Shown piece after piece: positions 39,676-49,522 of a stretch of DNA of 64,000 nt (position 1 is the first letter of the stretch; every line of letters starts with the position of its first letter). The notes beneath the pieces were generated by a model. The model was not told the DNA's origin. It made no database searches and saw only the letters and a list, made by a program, of their open reading frames with translations. This stretch comes from a virus. The stretch lies in the IMG/VR virus record IMGVR_UViG_3300035670_000038, positions 1 through 64,000 of that record, one strand, 5' to 3'. The position numbers and the translations under genes were made by a program.

Positions 39676-40087
39676 CCACATAGACGCAATTTATACGAAC
39701 CAGAAGCCAGATTACTATACTTCGTTATCTGATGGTGATAAGAAGTCATATAACAACTATATGGTCAATAAGTTTTTGAGTATGAATCCTCACCAACTTC
39801 CTTTTGTGAACGAAGTACAAAAATATACACTTACTCCAGAACTTCATTACGCATTCTTTAGTCGAGTGATTCCAAAGGGTAAACAGTTTAACAAATATAT
39901 CAAATCGAAGAAGGAGAGTTCATATGAAACGTGGTTGGTTGGATTGGTTGGGGAACATTATAACGTTAGCTCAGCAGAAGCTACAGACTACCTCGACATC
40001 TTCTATAAGCACAACAAAGCAGGATTGCGAACGTTGTGCCAAATGTACGGAAAAACAGAGAAAGAAATAAAGAAAGCAAAACTATGA
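39611..40087 (+). CDS. Clamp loader small subunit (gp62-like)
   Basis: LFDHI, YMVNKFLS, IPKGKQFNKYIK, YNVS..EA..Y. Confidence 0.7.
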   Translation: MPPRKKQTTTDQIQQKTKGLFDHIDAIYTNQKPDYYTSLSDGDKKSYNNYMVNKFLSMNPHQLPFVNEVQKYTLTPELHYAFFSRVIPKGKQFNKYIKSKKESSYETWLVGLVGEHYNVSSAEATDYLDIFYKHNKAGLRTLCQMYGKTEKEIKKAKL

Positions 40088-40590
40088 TACAGGATTTGGT
40101 TACTATGGTAAAATTAAGTTGGGCAGAATATTTCAGACAAATCGCACATACTATTAAACTCAAATCAAAAGATAAGAGTACACAGATTGGTGCAGTTATT
40201 GTCGGTTCCAATAATGAAATCCGTTCGACGGGATACAATTCATTTCCTCGTGGGATTGAAGATTTCCACGATAAACGGCAGGAACGTCCAGAGAAGTATT
40301 ATTGGATGGAACATGCTGAACGTAACGCAATTATTAATGCAGCACGTATTGGTGTCTCCACGAATAACTGCACTATGTACATGACTTCCGACATTCCGTG
40401 TGTGGATTGCACTCGTGCGATTATCAACGCAGGTATCAAGATTATCTATTGTGAAAAAGATGGTGGAACCAAGGCAGAGCATTGGGAAGGACACAGAGAA
40501 CGTAGTATCCAGATGTTGAAGGAAGCGCATCGAACAGTTTGGTACTATGGTGAATCAAAACCTTTTATTGATATTGGTGAAATACGATGA
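40084..40590 (+). CDS. dCMP deaminase
   Basis: SKD, GAVI, TGYN, HAERNAI, PCVDC. Confidence 0.92.
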   Translation: MIQDLVTMVKLSWAEYFRQIAHTIKLKSKDKSTQIGAVIVGSNNEIRSTGYNSFPRGIEDFHDKRQERPEKYYWMEHAERNAIINAARIGVSTNNCTMYMTSDIPCVDCTRAIINAGIKIIYCEKDGGTKAEHWEGHRERSIQMLKEAHRTVWYYGESKPFIDIGEIR

Positions 40591-40805
40591 CGAATGGTAA
40601 AGGTGATACTCCACGCCCACTGAGTGTGGATACTGAAACATATAAGAATAATTGGGAACAAACATTTGGAAATACCCCAGAAAAGAATCGTGCTAGAATT
40701 TCTGCATCATTACAAGAAGTTAAAGAAGAAATAGATAGACTACGAGAAATCGTGGATAATTGTGAATATAGTGGATTACCACACACTTCATCTTACGAGG
40801 ACTAA
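40587..40805 (+). CDS. Hypothetical protein
   Basis: GKGDTPRP..Y..NWE..F small phage ORF. Confidence 0.6.
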   Translation: MTNGKGDTPRPLSVDTETYKNNWEQTFGNTPEKNRARISASLQEVKEEIDRLREIVDNCEYSGLPHTSSYED

Positions 40806-41011
40806 TGGCTTTATATAACGCAAAACAAAAAGGAACCACGGAGTCTGGAAGTTGGTACTCCATTCTCCAAGATGGTCCTGCATCGTTTCACATAAGTGTG
40901 GGGAAAGGTGATAATGTAGTATATGATTATTTTCTAAACCCTCCTAATATACAACATTTAATGGATAATATAGTATTATTGGAGAAAGAATTAGAGCAAA
41001 TGACCCCTTGA
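40805..41011 (+). CDS. Hypothetical protein
   Basis: 68-aa coupled ORF. Confidence 0.55.
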   Translation: MALYNAKQKGTTESGSWYSILQDGPASFHISVGKGDNVVYDYFLNPPNIQHLMDNIVLLEKELEQMTP

Positions 41012-41030
41012 TTTTTGAGGGGTTTTTTGT
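41003..41030 (+). terminator. Rho-independent terminator-like hairpin
   Basis: ACCCCT...AGGGGT stem followed by a T tract. Confidence 0.6.
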
Positions 41031-41036
41031 TATATT
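41008..41036 (+). promoter_or_regulatory. sigma70-type promoter overlapping the terminator
   Basis: TTGATT-17 nt-TATATT. Confidence 0.6.
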
Positions 41037-41063
41037 TCTACTGTATCTATCTGTGAGGAATTT

Positions 41064-41429
41064 ATGACCGATGTAAATTACAAAGGATATACAAGAGAGA
41101 TGGGGCTAAATAGTGTCGGGAAGGGATGGGCACATTTGGTCAATCGTGTCTTTGATAAGTTGGATACTATCAAAGGGTCTATCAAGATTGTGCAGGTCAA
41201 GGAGAAATACGCAGGACTCCGTATCTATACAGATTACAGTAATAAAGAACTTGACAAGTTAATCTACGATGTAGAGAACGAGAGTCTAAGGACTTGTGAA
41301 GAATGTGGTAAGCCAGGCAAGGTTCGTGGGAAGGGATGGTATTATACATCGTGCGACATTCATTCCAAGAACGGGGACACTCCACACAAATACCAACCAG
41401 GAGATAAAAATGCCAAAGAAAAAAACTAA
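41064..41429 (+). CDS. Conserved phage hypothetical protein with CxxC
   Basis: GW, QVKEKYAGLRIY, TCEECG. Confidence 0.65.
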   Translation: MTDVNYKGYTREMGLNSVGKGWAHLVNRVFDKLDTIKGSIKIVQVKEKYAGLRIYTDYSNKELDKLIYDVENESLRTCEECGKPGKVRGKGWYYTSCDIHSKNGDTPHKYQPGDKNAKEKN

Positions 41430-41640
41430 CACTACAAAAGAACTCAAACTGAACTTTACGGGTAAGGCTACCTTCTTGGTTGAGCTGGAAGATTTCGGTC
41501 CAATTGAATATCGTATTGATGATAGGGAAGTGGTGGTTGAAATCTTTAAGGTGTTAATTGAGAAGATGGGACCGACTACACCTGTTAATAGCTACGACAA
41601 GAAAACACAAAAGAAACTTGAAACTTTACTGGATTTCTAA
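41410..41640 (+). CDS. Hypothetical protein
   Basis: Start at 41410 after GGAG; ends QKKLETLLDF. Confidence 0.6.
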   Translation: MPKKKTNTTKELKLNFTGKATFLVELEDFGPIEYRIDDREVVVEIFKVLIEKMGPTTPVNSYDKKTQKKLETLLDF

Positions 41641-42542
41641 TGAATAAAATCTCTTACTCACAATACTCCATCTGGGCTAATTGTCCTCTCGCATGGAAGC
41701 TGAAGTATGTTGATGGTGTGAAGTTGGATGACGCATCAATTCATACCGTATTCGGTACTGCGATGCATGAGGTCATTCAAGAGTGGTTAGAGAACTATGT
41801 GTATCAAGGAAAGGATACACAGGCCAAGAGTATTGACTTGACCGAACCCTTGAAGCAGAAGTTTATTACTTTGTTCCAAGAGCAAACCACCGTAGATAAT
41901 AATGGTAACAAGGTATTCCTTTGTGATAAGAAAACTTTGATGGAGTTCTACAATCAAGGATGTGAGATTTTGTCGTATGTCCAGCAGCATCGTCAGAAGT
42001 TGTTCCCATCGAAGGATGTAACCCTTCTTGGAATTGAGCATCCGATTGAGGAAGAGGTTCGTCCTGGTGTCACCTTTATCGGATATATTGATATTATGGT
42101 GAAGAACGAAAAGACGGGAAAGATTACCATTTATGATTTAAAGACTTCTCGTGCAAGTTGGACACAGGCACAAAAGAGTGATCCTGTTAAGTTGAACCAA
42201 ATTCTTCTCTATAAGAAGTTTATCTCTGAGAAGTTTAATACTCCGTTGGAAATGATTGGGACCGAGTTTGTTATCTTGAAGCGGACGATTAGTGAGAATA
42301 GTCCGTATCCTATTCCTCGTGTTAGTTCCTTCGAACCGTCTAATGGAAAACCATCGGTCAACCGTGCATGGGGTCATATTGAAAAGTTCCTTAATGAGTG
42401 TTTCGATAATGAGGGAAATTATCGTACCGATTTGATTAAGGCAAACCCTAGTAAGGATAGTTGTAAGTATTGTGTGTATAATGATAAGGAAATCTATTGT
42501 CAAGAATCCTTTTACAAGATTAAGAAAAAGGTATTGGTGTGA
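41640..42542 (+). CDS. PD-(D/E)XK nuclease (RecB/Cas4-like)
   Basis: ISYSQ, CP, GTAMH, GYID, YDLKT, Q..LY, CKYC. Confidence 0.85.
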   Translation: MNKISYSQYSIWANCPLAWKLKYVDGVKLDDASIHTVFGTAMHEVIQEWLENYVYQGKDTQAKSIDLTEPLKQKFITLFQEQTTVDNNGNKVFLCDKKTLMEFYNQGCEILSYVQQHRQKLFPSKDVTLLGIEHPIEEEVRPGVTFIGYIDIMVKNEKTGKITIYDLKTSRASWTQAQKSDPVKLNQILLYKKFISEKFNTPLEMIGTEFVILKRTISENSPYPIPRVSSFEPSNGKPSVNRAWGHIEKFLNECFDNEGNYRTDLIKANPSKDSCKYCVYNDKEIYCQESFYKIKKKVLV

Positions 42543-43054
42543 TAGTCCAAGAGTTGAGTGTAGAGCATATCCCATCCACATACCATCTTGTAAGAGAAAC
42601 TATGTTCAATCTTTCCGAATATAATAGTCGGGGAAAAGAGGACCAATTAATAGCGTATTCACCTGATAAGTTAAAACTAAACATTAATAATCCTGATAGA
42701 CTTAATATTATTGCTATAGAAAACAATCAAGTTGTAGGATTTTTGTTTGGTGTAATAGAAAGATTGTCAATAGCTAATATGTTTTACGTAGAATGGTTTG
42801 GTGTAGACACTAAGTACAAAACTAAACGAATCAAGTTGGTGGATGGAAATACCACAACTGTAATTAATTTATTGTGGGACCATATGGAAATGTTTGCAAA
42901 GAGTAAAAATTTGAACGGTATATTAGGGGATAGTTTGGTAAGTAATAATAAAGCTATCAACTTTGGAAAACATAATGGAATGAATCTTTGGGCAGAAATG
43001 AAAAATCACTGGTACGGACAAGATTATTTTCTTTTTGGGAAATTTTATGGATAA
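42539..43054 (+). CDS. GNAT-family acetyltransferase
   Basis: VVGF, WFGV, N..AINF GNAT pattern. Confidence 0.6.
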   Translation: MIVQELSVEHIPSTYHLVRETMFNLSEYNSRGKEDQLIAYSPDKLKLNINNPDRLNIIAIENNQVVGFLFGVIERLSIANMFYVEWFGVDTKYKTKRIKLVDGNTTTVINLLWDHMEMFAKSKNLNGILGDSLVSNNKAINFGKHNGMNLWAEMKNHWYGQDYFLFGKFYG

Positions 43055-43655
43055 TCCGATGGTCAACTATAGCAAGATTATTGCAGATACCGCAAGTAAT
43101 CATTATAATGTTCGTGATGAGTATAAGAACAACTCATACGAACAGAATGTAGCTATTACTATTAGTGAGCAACGTCCGTTTTCAGTTGGTGCGATTAACA
43201 TTACGGGTGAACTCAATATCGGAATGATGATTCGGTCTGCGTGTCTATTGGGTGCAGAGAACTTTTATATCTTTGGACGAAAGAAATTCGATAAGCGGTC
43301 CACAGTAGGGGCTGAGAAATATATTAATATCGTCCAGTATACGTTTGATGACCCGATACACGCGGATACCGAAATCAATGACCGATTGATGTATCTGTTG
43401 AAATGGAACAGTGTGGTATTGTGTGAACATGGTGGGACGGAGGCTGGTTCGTATCTCGCAAAACAAATGTACACCGAGTTGAAGAATCCGTTGTTCGTGT
43501 TCGGTTCGGAGAGTCATGGACTACCCGATATTATTACACAGAACGAAAACTTCTATAAGTTGAGTATTCCACAACGAGGTGTCCTTCGTTCGTTCAACGT
43601 ATCAGCAGCAATGAATATTATCGTGTGGGATTATATCAAGGAGAGGTACCTATGA
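43047..43655 (+). CDS. SpoU/TrmH-family RNA methyltransferase
   Basis: NIGMMIRSA, FVFGSESHGL, IPQRG..RSFNVSAA. Confidence 0.88.
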   Translation: MDNPMVNYSKIIADTASNHYNVRDEYKNNSYEQNVAITISEQRPFSVGAINITGELNIGMMIRSACLLGAENFYIFGRKKFDKRSTVGAEKYINIVQYTFDDPIHADTEINDRLMYLLKWNSVVLCEHGGTEAGSYLAKQMYTELKNPLFVFGSESHGLPDIITQNENFYKLSIPQRGVLRSFNVSAAMNIIVWDYIKERYL

Positions 43656-43867
43656 ATCTGGAACGCAGAGTACAAGTATATGAAATGGTTCTTCGTCGGC
43701 TGAACGCATTCGGTAATCTCAATCCCAATCACGAAAAGATGCGGGAGCTAATGGTTGAGATTATGCATTGGCAACATACCAGACGAGGTGGAGAGTATAC
43801 CCAAGAAGAGTTGGACCAGATGGAAAATAAAGCATTTGAAAAACTTGCAAAAAAGGTGGGTCTATGA
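43652..43867 (+). CDS. Hypothetical protein
   Basis: Coupled ORF, start adjusted. Confidence 0.55.
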   Translation: MNLERRVQVYEMVLRRLNAFGNLNPNHEKMRELMVEIMHWQHTRRGGEYTQEELDQMENKAFEKLAKKVGL

Positions 43868-44130
43868 CTAAATTAAAGGAAGCAGCAGTATTATTTTTTA
43901 TTCAGGTATTGAGTTATACCATTTGGTGTATTAACTTTAGAGCAGTGGCAGATGCACATTATCACACGGCTGCGGCAAGTGATTTCCTAATCGCATCAAT
44001 CCAGTTCTTCGTGATTCGTCGGATTGCTCACGGACAAGACCACCTACATCAATGGATGGGATATGCCGCAGGAAGTGTGGTAGGAAGTTATTTGGGGATT
44101 TGGATTTCCGCAACATTCTTGGGAGGTTGA
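43864..44130 (+). CDS. Small membrane protein
   Basis: Three hydrophobic segments; GSVVG motif also seen in 24693..24992. Confidence 0.6.
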   Translation: MTKLKEAAVLFFIQVLSYTIWCINFRAVADAHYHTAAASDFLIASIQFFVIRRIAHGQDHLHQWMGYAAGSVVGSYLGIWISATFLGG

Positions 44131-44131
44131 T

Positions 44132-44296
44132 ATGAGTGAAGGATTAGCTATTACATTGACGATTATCGTAACCACTATCGTTGGAATAGGAATATCCACC
44201 ACGTTCTATGCACGTTGTCGTGATTGTAGAGCAAAGATATACAAACATAGTATTCACAAGTGTCCAGTATCGGGCAAACGATATAGGGGGATGTAA
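44132..44296 (+). CDS. Small TM protein with Cys/His cluster
   Basis: Not in track; GGAGG SD; TM segment then CRDC..H..C. Confidence 0.55.
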   Translation: MSEGLAITLTIIVTTIVGIGISTTFYARCRDCRAKIYKHSIHKCPVSGKRYRGM

Positions 44297-44297
44297 T

Positions 44298-44657
44298 ATG
44301 ATTGAGAAGATTGAGAAGCCGTGGGGAAGTGAATTAAAGTTTGCACATACGGCACATTATGTTGGAAAGATTCTGGAAGTGAAAGGTGGGGAAGCATTGA
44401 GTGTCCAATACCACAAACAGAAAGTGGAAACGATGCACGTAATTGAAGGTACGGGTCGTATGGTTCTTTATGTGATGGATGAAGATGGTGAAACCACGGT
44501 GACAAGTGTTAAGGCTATGGAACCGAAGGATACATTTCATATCCCACCCAACCAGATTCACAGAATTATTGCAGATACAGATATGAAGATTATTGAAGTA
44601 TCTACCAACCATTTAAATGATTTGGTCAGATTACAGGACAAATACGATAGGAAGTAA
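44298..44657 (+). CDS. Cupin (mannose-6-phosphate isomerase type II C-terminal-like)
   Basis: KPWG, LSVQYH..K.E, H, EVS, DLVRLQDKY. Confidence 0.8.
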   Translation: MIEKIEKPWGSELKFAHTAHYVGKILEVKGGEALSVQYHKQKVETMHVIEGTGRMVLYVMDEDGETTVTSVKAMEPKDTFHIPPNQIHRIIADTDMKIIEVSTNHLNDLVRLQDKYDRK

Positions 44658-44659
44658 TT

Positions 44660-45358
44660 ATGATTTTATTATTGGGTGACATCCACGGAGACTACACTAT
44701 TCTCCAAAAGGCGATAGAGAAGGCTGAATGGGCGGGTGCAAAGGCACTTATCCAAGTTGGTGACTTTTGCTTATTTCGTGGTGGTCAAACCGATTTGGGT
44801 GCAAGACTTCCCGATAATCAAGATGACTTTCATAAAGTAGTCACCAAGTCTAAAATCCCAGTGTATTTCATCGACGGTAATCACGATGACTGTGACCGAT
44901 GGTTATATCACACAGAGGTTACACAGGTGTTCGATGATGCACCATTCTATTATGTCCCTCGTGGAACTGTTATGGAAATAGATGATAGGATTGTTGCTTT
45001 TATGGGTGGTGCGTCGAGTATCAATAAGAAGTGGTCACTTCGTGATGGTGCACATTGGACACCATTGGAAGATATTCGTCAAGAAGATATTGATAAGCTT
45101 CTACGAAATATCGAAGGTAAGAAGATTGATATGTTTATTACGCACATACCTCCACACAGTGTTATCCAAGAACATTTTGATAATAGTGCAAAACTATTCT
45201 TCGAAGTGGGATTAGACTGGCACGACCAGAACCAAACGATTGTTGAGGAATTGTGGCATAAGTTAGGAACACCTGAGATTTTCTCAGGACATATGCATAA
45301 ACGAGTAGTGGGAATGACTTACAGAATTTTGGATATAAACGAACTTTTGGCAGTCTAA
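44660..45358 (+). CDS. Calcineurin-like metallophosphoesterase
   Basis: GDIHG, QVGDF, GNHD, TH, GHMH. Confidence 0.88.
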   Translation: MILLLGDIHGDYTILQKAIEKAEWAGAKALIQVGDFCLFRGGQTDLGARLPDNQDDFHKVVTKSKIPVYFIDGNHDDCDRWLYHTEVTQVFDDAPFYYVPRGTVMEIDDRIVAFMGGASSINKKWSLRDGAHWTPLEDIRQEDIDKLLRNIEGKKIDMFITHIPPHSVIQEHFDNSAKLFFEVGLDWHDQNQTIVEELWHKLGTPEIFSGHMHKRVVGMTYRILDINELLAV

Positions 45359-45370
45359 CTTACTATTTAT

Positions 45371-45390
45371 TCTATAGAAATCTATAGAAA
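45371..45390 (+). repeat. Tandem direct repeat TCTATAGAAA x2 with palindromic core
   Basis: Read directly; lies between the TATTTAT motif and a small DNA-binding gene. Confidence 0.7.
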
Positions 45391-45398
45391 GGTTACGT

Positions 45399-45563
45399 AT
45401 GAAAAAAGATAAGCAACACTATACTACCGTTCAAATCACGAAAGAAATAAACAACCACATCCGTGAGTTCTGTAAACTCAATGGACTGGTCGCTAGCTCT
45501 GTAACAGAGATGTTATGGTCTAGGCATATTTCTTCAAGTATGAGCGGTAGTATTGTTTTATAG
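45399..45563 (+). CDS. Putative ribbon-helix-helix DNA-binding protein
   Basis: Not in track; YTTVQITKEINNHIREFCKLNGL beta-alpha-alpha pattern. Confidence 0.55.
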   Translation: MKKDKQHYTTVQITKEINNHIREFCKLNGLVASSVTEMLWSRHISSSMSGSIVL

Positions 45564-45571
45564 GAGATAAT

Positions 45572-45829
45572 ATGTCAGAAGAACAATTGGTGAATATCAT
45601 CAGACAACAATTGGATGAAGAAGCAGATACATCTTCTCCAAGACAACGTGTTTTCAAAACAGCACAGAAGGGAAATAACATCTTCGCAGAAAGTATAGGT
45701 CGTGCAGTGTATGAATATTTGGATACAATATACTTTGAACGTATCATTACGTACATCGAAGATACCTACGAACCACGTATCAAGAGATTAGAAGAACGAG
45801 TTACATCATTAGAAGCAAGGGTAAAATAA
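45572..45829 (+). CDS. Hypothetical coiled-coil protein
   Basis: 85 aa, AGGAG SD. Confidence 0.55.
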   Translation: MSEEQLVNIIRQQLDEEADTSSPRQRVFKTAQKGNNIFAESIGRAVYEYLDTIYFERIITYIEDTYEPRIKRLEERVTSLEARVK

Positions 45830-45832
45830 TAT

Positions 45833-47239
45833 ATGAGTAATAAGAAAGGTTACATTCCAAAGGACCAACGAAAGAAAATTTTATTCCTCGCAGACGATAT
45901 GCGAGTAACATCTGGTGTTGGAACAATGGCACGAGAAATCATTGAAGGTACTGCTCACCGATTTAATTGGGTACAAGTAGGAGCAGCGGTAAGTCATCCA
46001 GAAGCAGGTAAGATGTTGGATATGTCTGATGCTTTAAATAACGAACTTGGTATGACGGATGCCAATGTTAAGATCGTTCCATATAATGGATATGGTGACA
46101 GTCGATTAATCCGTCAATTAATTGAAATGGAAAAGCCAGATGCCATTCTTCATTTTACTGACCCTCGTTATTGGATTTGGTTGTATCAAATAGAACACGA
46201 AATTCGTCAAAAGATTCCGATGTTTTTCTACGCCATCTGGGATGACCTCCCATATCCATATTACAATGAAAACTTCTATCGGTCTGATGATTGGATTGGA
46301 TGTATCAGTAAGCAGACCTATAATATTGTTAAACACGTATCCCGTAAGGAACCACGTGAACCGTGGTCATTGACTTATGTTCCGCATGGCATTAATACAA
46401 AGCGATTTGGTCCATTACCTGCGGACGATAAGGAAATGTTGGAAGTTCGTCAACGATTGTTTAATGGTGAAGAAGTTGATTATGTAGTATTTTACAACAG
46501 CAGAAACATTCGTCGTAAGATGACATCCGACATTTTGTTGGCATTTGATACATTTATGAAGGCACTTCCAGAAGAAAAACGAAAGAAGTGTCGTTTAGTA
46601 ATGCATACGCAGAAAGTAGATGACCATGGTACAGATTTACCTGTTGTCATCCGTGATGTGGTTCCTGGTATTGAACCATATGTTGTATTCTCAGACGAAC
46701 GTATCGAAGCAAAGCACATTAATATTCTTTACAATATCGCAGATGTTACAATCAATCTTTCCAGTAACGAAGGATTTGGTTTAGGTACTTGCGAAAGTAT
46801 AATAGCAGGAACTCCTATTATTGTAAACGTTACTGGTGGATTACAAGACCAATGTGGATTCGTAAATGACGAAGGAGAATATCTAGACCCAGAACGTGAC
46901 TTCACATATGAATGGGGAACAAACGCAGATGGTAGATTCCGTAAGCATGGTGAATGGGCATTTCCAGTATTTCCAGTATCACGTTCTCTTCAAGGTTCAC
47001 CATTAACTCCATATATTTTTGATGACCGTGCATCGTGGACAGATGCAGCAAATCGTTTGATGGAAGTATATTTGTTAGACCGTGAGGAACGGAAACGCCG
47101 TGGAATGTTAGGTCGTGAATATGCACTTGGACCAGGACAATTTACCGCAGAACGTATGTGTGAATTATTCATTCAAGATATGGAAAACGCATGGGAAAAC
47201 TGGACTCCACGTAAACGATTTACTTTGGTGAAGGCATGA
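45833..47239 (+). CDS. GT-B glycosyltransferase (GT4-like)
   Basis: PHG, RNIRRK, YNIADV, NEGFGL..ES. Confidence 0.85.
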   Translation: MSNKKGYIPKDQRKKILFLADDMRVTSGVGTMAREIIEGTAHRFNWVQVGAAVSHPEAGKMLDMSDALNNELGMTDANVKIVPYNGYGDSRLIRQLIEMEKPDAILHFTDPRYWIWLYQIEHEIRQKIPMFFYAIWDDLPYPYYNENFYRSDDWIGCISKQTYNIVKHVSRKEPREPWSLTYVPHGINTKRFGPLPADDKEMLEVRQRLFNGEEVDYVVFYNSRNIRRKMTSDILLAFDTFMKALPEEKRKKCRLVMHTQKVDDHGTDLPVVIRDVVPGIEPYVVFSDERIEAKHINILYNIADVTINLSSNEGFGLGTCESIIAGTPIIVNVTGGLQDQCGFVNDEGEYLDPERDFTYEWGTNADGRFRKHGEWAFPVFPVSRSLQGSPLTPYIFDDRASWTDAANRLMEVYLLDREERKRRGMLGREYALGPGQFTAERMCELFIQDMENAWENWTPRKRFTLVKA

Positions 47240-48213
47240 TGAAAACAGCATTGGTTACTGGAATTAATGGACAAGACGGTTCCTATATGGCAGACTTTCT
47301 TCTCGACAGGGGATATAAAGTATATGGAATGGAACGTAGAGCATCAGTAAAGATTCGTGAAAACACAAAACATTTGGAGAGTAATCCAAACTTTGAATTT
47401 ATTATCGGAGATTTGTCTGACCAGAATTCACTACTCCGGTGTTTAAAAGCTACGAAGTGCTCGGAAGTATACAACTTCGCAGCACAATCATTCGTGGGTG
47501 AAAGTTGGAATACCCCAGAACAGACAAGTGATATTACTGGATTAGGTGTTCTTCGTATGTTAGAAGCTATTCGTGAATATGGTGAACCTGTAAAATTCTA
47601 CCAAGCATCGTCAAGTGAAATGTTTGGTCGGTTGGTGGAGAATCCAGCAAAGGAAACTACTCCATTCTATCCACGGTCACCATATGGTGTGTCCAAGTTG
47701 TATGGACATTGGATTACAAAGAACTACCGTGAGAGTTATGGAATGTTTAATGTTTCTGGGTTATTGTTCAATCACGAATCGGAACGCCGTGGGTTAGAAT
47801 TCGTTACTAGAAAGATTACTAATGGTGTTGCACGAATTGACCGTGGATTTGATAAAGTTATTGAATTGGGAAACCTTGACGCCGGACGAGATTGGGGTTA
47901 TGCTCCTGATTATGTAGAAGCAGCATGGATGATGTTACAACAAGACGAACCAGATGATTATGTTATTGCTACTGGTGTTACGAAAACTATCCGTGATTTC
48001 TTGGACGCAGCGTTTGCAGCAGTAGATATTATGGATTGGGAACCATTTGTAAAGGTAAATCCAAAGTTCCTTCGTCCAGCAGAAGTAGAGACACTTCGTG
48101 GAGATGCAAGTAAGGCAAAAGAAAAGTTTGGATGGGAACCCAAAACTCCATTTGAAGTGTGGGTAGAAAGAATGGTAGTAGCAGATATTGATAGATTAGA
48201 AAAACGAGGTTAA
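47236..48213 (+). CDS. gmd: GDP-mannose 4,6-dehydratase
   Basis: TGINGQDGSY, YQASSSE, PRSPYGVSK, NHES, FVTRKIT, RDWG. Confidence 0.95.
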   Translation: MMKTALVTGINGQDGSYMADFLLDRGYKVYGMERRASVKIRENTKHLESNPNFEFIIGDLSDQNSLLRCLKATKCSEVYNFAAQSFVGESWNTPEQTSDITGLGVLRMLEAIREYGEPVKFYQASSSEMFGRLVENPAKETTPFYPRSPYGVSKLYGHWITKNYRESYGMFNVSGLLFNHESERRGLEFVTRKITNGVARIDRGFDKVIELGNLDAGRDWGYAPDYVEAAWMMLQQDEPDDYVIATGVTKTIRDFLDAAFAAVDIMDWEPFVKVNPKFLRPAEVETLRGDASKAKEKFGWEPKTPFEVWVERMVVADIDRLEKRG

Positions 48214-48214
48214 T

Positions 48215-49522
48215 ATGTTAGGTAAACCGTTATGTATAGTTAGAGCACCATGCCAAACACGTTCTGGATATGGTGATATGAGTAGAGACATCATCCGTCA
48301 CATTATTGAATGGGATAAGTTTGATGTGAAGATTCACAGTGTACCGTGGGGTGATACACCGATGAATGCATTGGATGAAAATAATCCAAAAGACAAGATG
48401 TTGCTAGATAGAATTGTTAAGAATGGACAACTCCCAAGACCAGACTTGTATGTGACCATTACCATTCCAACGGAATTTGAACCAGTTGGTAAATATAACA
48501 TTGGTATTACCGCTGGCATTGAGACATCAGTTGCATCGGTACAATGGATTCAGGCGTGTAACAAAATGGATTTGGTACTAACCATTTCTGAGCATTCCAA
48601 GAACGTATTTCACTTTTCAAAATACACACAAAAAGACCAAAATGGAAATACTCTTGGTGAAATTAAAATTGAAAAACCGTTAGAAGTTTTACATAACTGC
48701 ATTGACACCAATGTATTTAAGAAGTTGGAATATGAATCGGATGTAGAAAAGTCGGTTCGAGAAGAACTTGCACAAATTCCAGAAAAGTTCTGTTATTTGT
48801 TTGTCGGTCACTGGCTCCGTGGTGACTTTGGTGAAGATAGAAAGAATGTTCCTTTCCTCATCAAGATATTCTTAGAAACTTTCAAACAAGTTCCAGACAA
48901 GGAAAAACCAGCGTTAATTCTCAAAACCAGCTCGGCTGGATTCTCCCTACTTGACAGGGAAGAAATTTTGAATAAGATTAATCAAGTGAAAAATTCAGTT
49001 TCTTTGGCTGCTGGACAAACTCTTCCAAATATTTATTTATTGCATGGTGAGTTGACAGATAAAGAAATGAATTCTTTATACAATCATCCAAAGGTAATGG
49101 CACACGTTAGTTTCACCAAGGGTGAAGGATTCGGCCGTCCATTACTCGAAGCATCGGTAAGCGGTAAACCAATTATTGCATCTGGTTGGAGTGGTCAATT
49201 AGATTTCTTAGACCAGAGTAATGCAGTTTTGGTTGGTGGTGAACTAAAACCAATTCATAATAGTTCTATATGGGATGGGGTATTAATTAAAGAATCAACT
49301 TGGTTTGCACCAGACATGAATCAGAGCGCAAATGCTCTGTACGCAGTGTTCAAGAATTATAGTCAGTTTAAGAAGCGTGCAAATATGTTGGCTAGAGAAA
49401 ATAGTAAAAAGTTTTCTTACCAAACAATACAGAAGAAAACGTGGGAACTTCTCGACCAATATGTTCCAAAGTTCTCAGTAGAAACTAAACTGGTTTTGCC
49501 AACACTTAAAAAGATTAACTAA
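48215..49522 (+). CDS. GT-B glycosyltransferase (GT4-like)
   Basis: SGYG, DRKN, KGEGFGRPLLEA. Confidence 0.85.
   Translation: MLGKPLCIVRAPCQTRSGYGDMSRDIIRHIIEWDKFDVKIHSVPWGDTPMNALDENNPKDKMLLDRIVKNGQLPRPDLYVTITIPTEFEPVGKYNIGITAGIETSVASVQWIQACNKMDLVLTISEHSKNVFHFSKYTQKDQNGNTLGEIKIEKPLEVLHNCIDTNVFKKLEYESDVEKSVREELAQIPEKFCYLFVGHWLRGDFGEDRKNVPFLIKIFLETFKQVPDKEKPALILKTSSAGFSLLDREEILNKINQVKNSVSLAAGQTLPNIYLLHGELTDKEMNSLYNHPKVMAHVSFTKGEGFGRPLLEASVSGKPIIASGWSGQLDFLDQSNAVLVGGELKPIHNSSIWDGVLIKESTWFAPDMNQSANALYAVFKNYSQFKKRANMLARENSKKFSYQTIQKKTWELLDQYVPKFSVETKLVLPTLKKIN

Noticed and set aside
41640-42542. Cas4 as part of a CRISPR system
   Set aside because: No repeat-spacer array or other cas genes seen; a solo PD-(D/E)XK nuclease is common in phages
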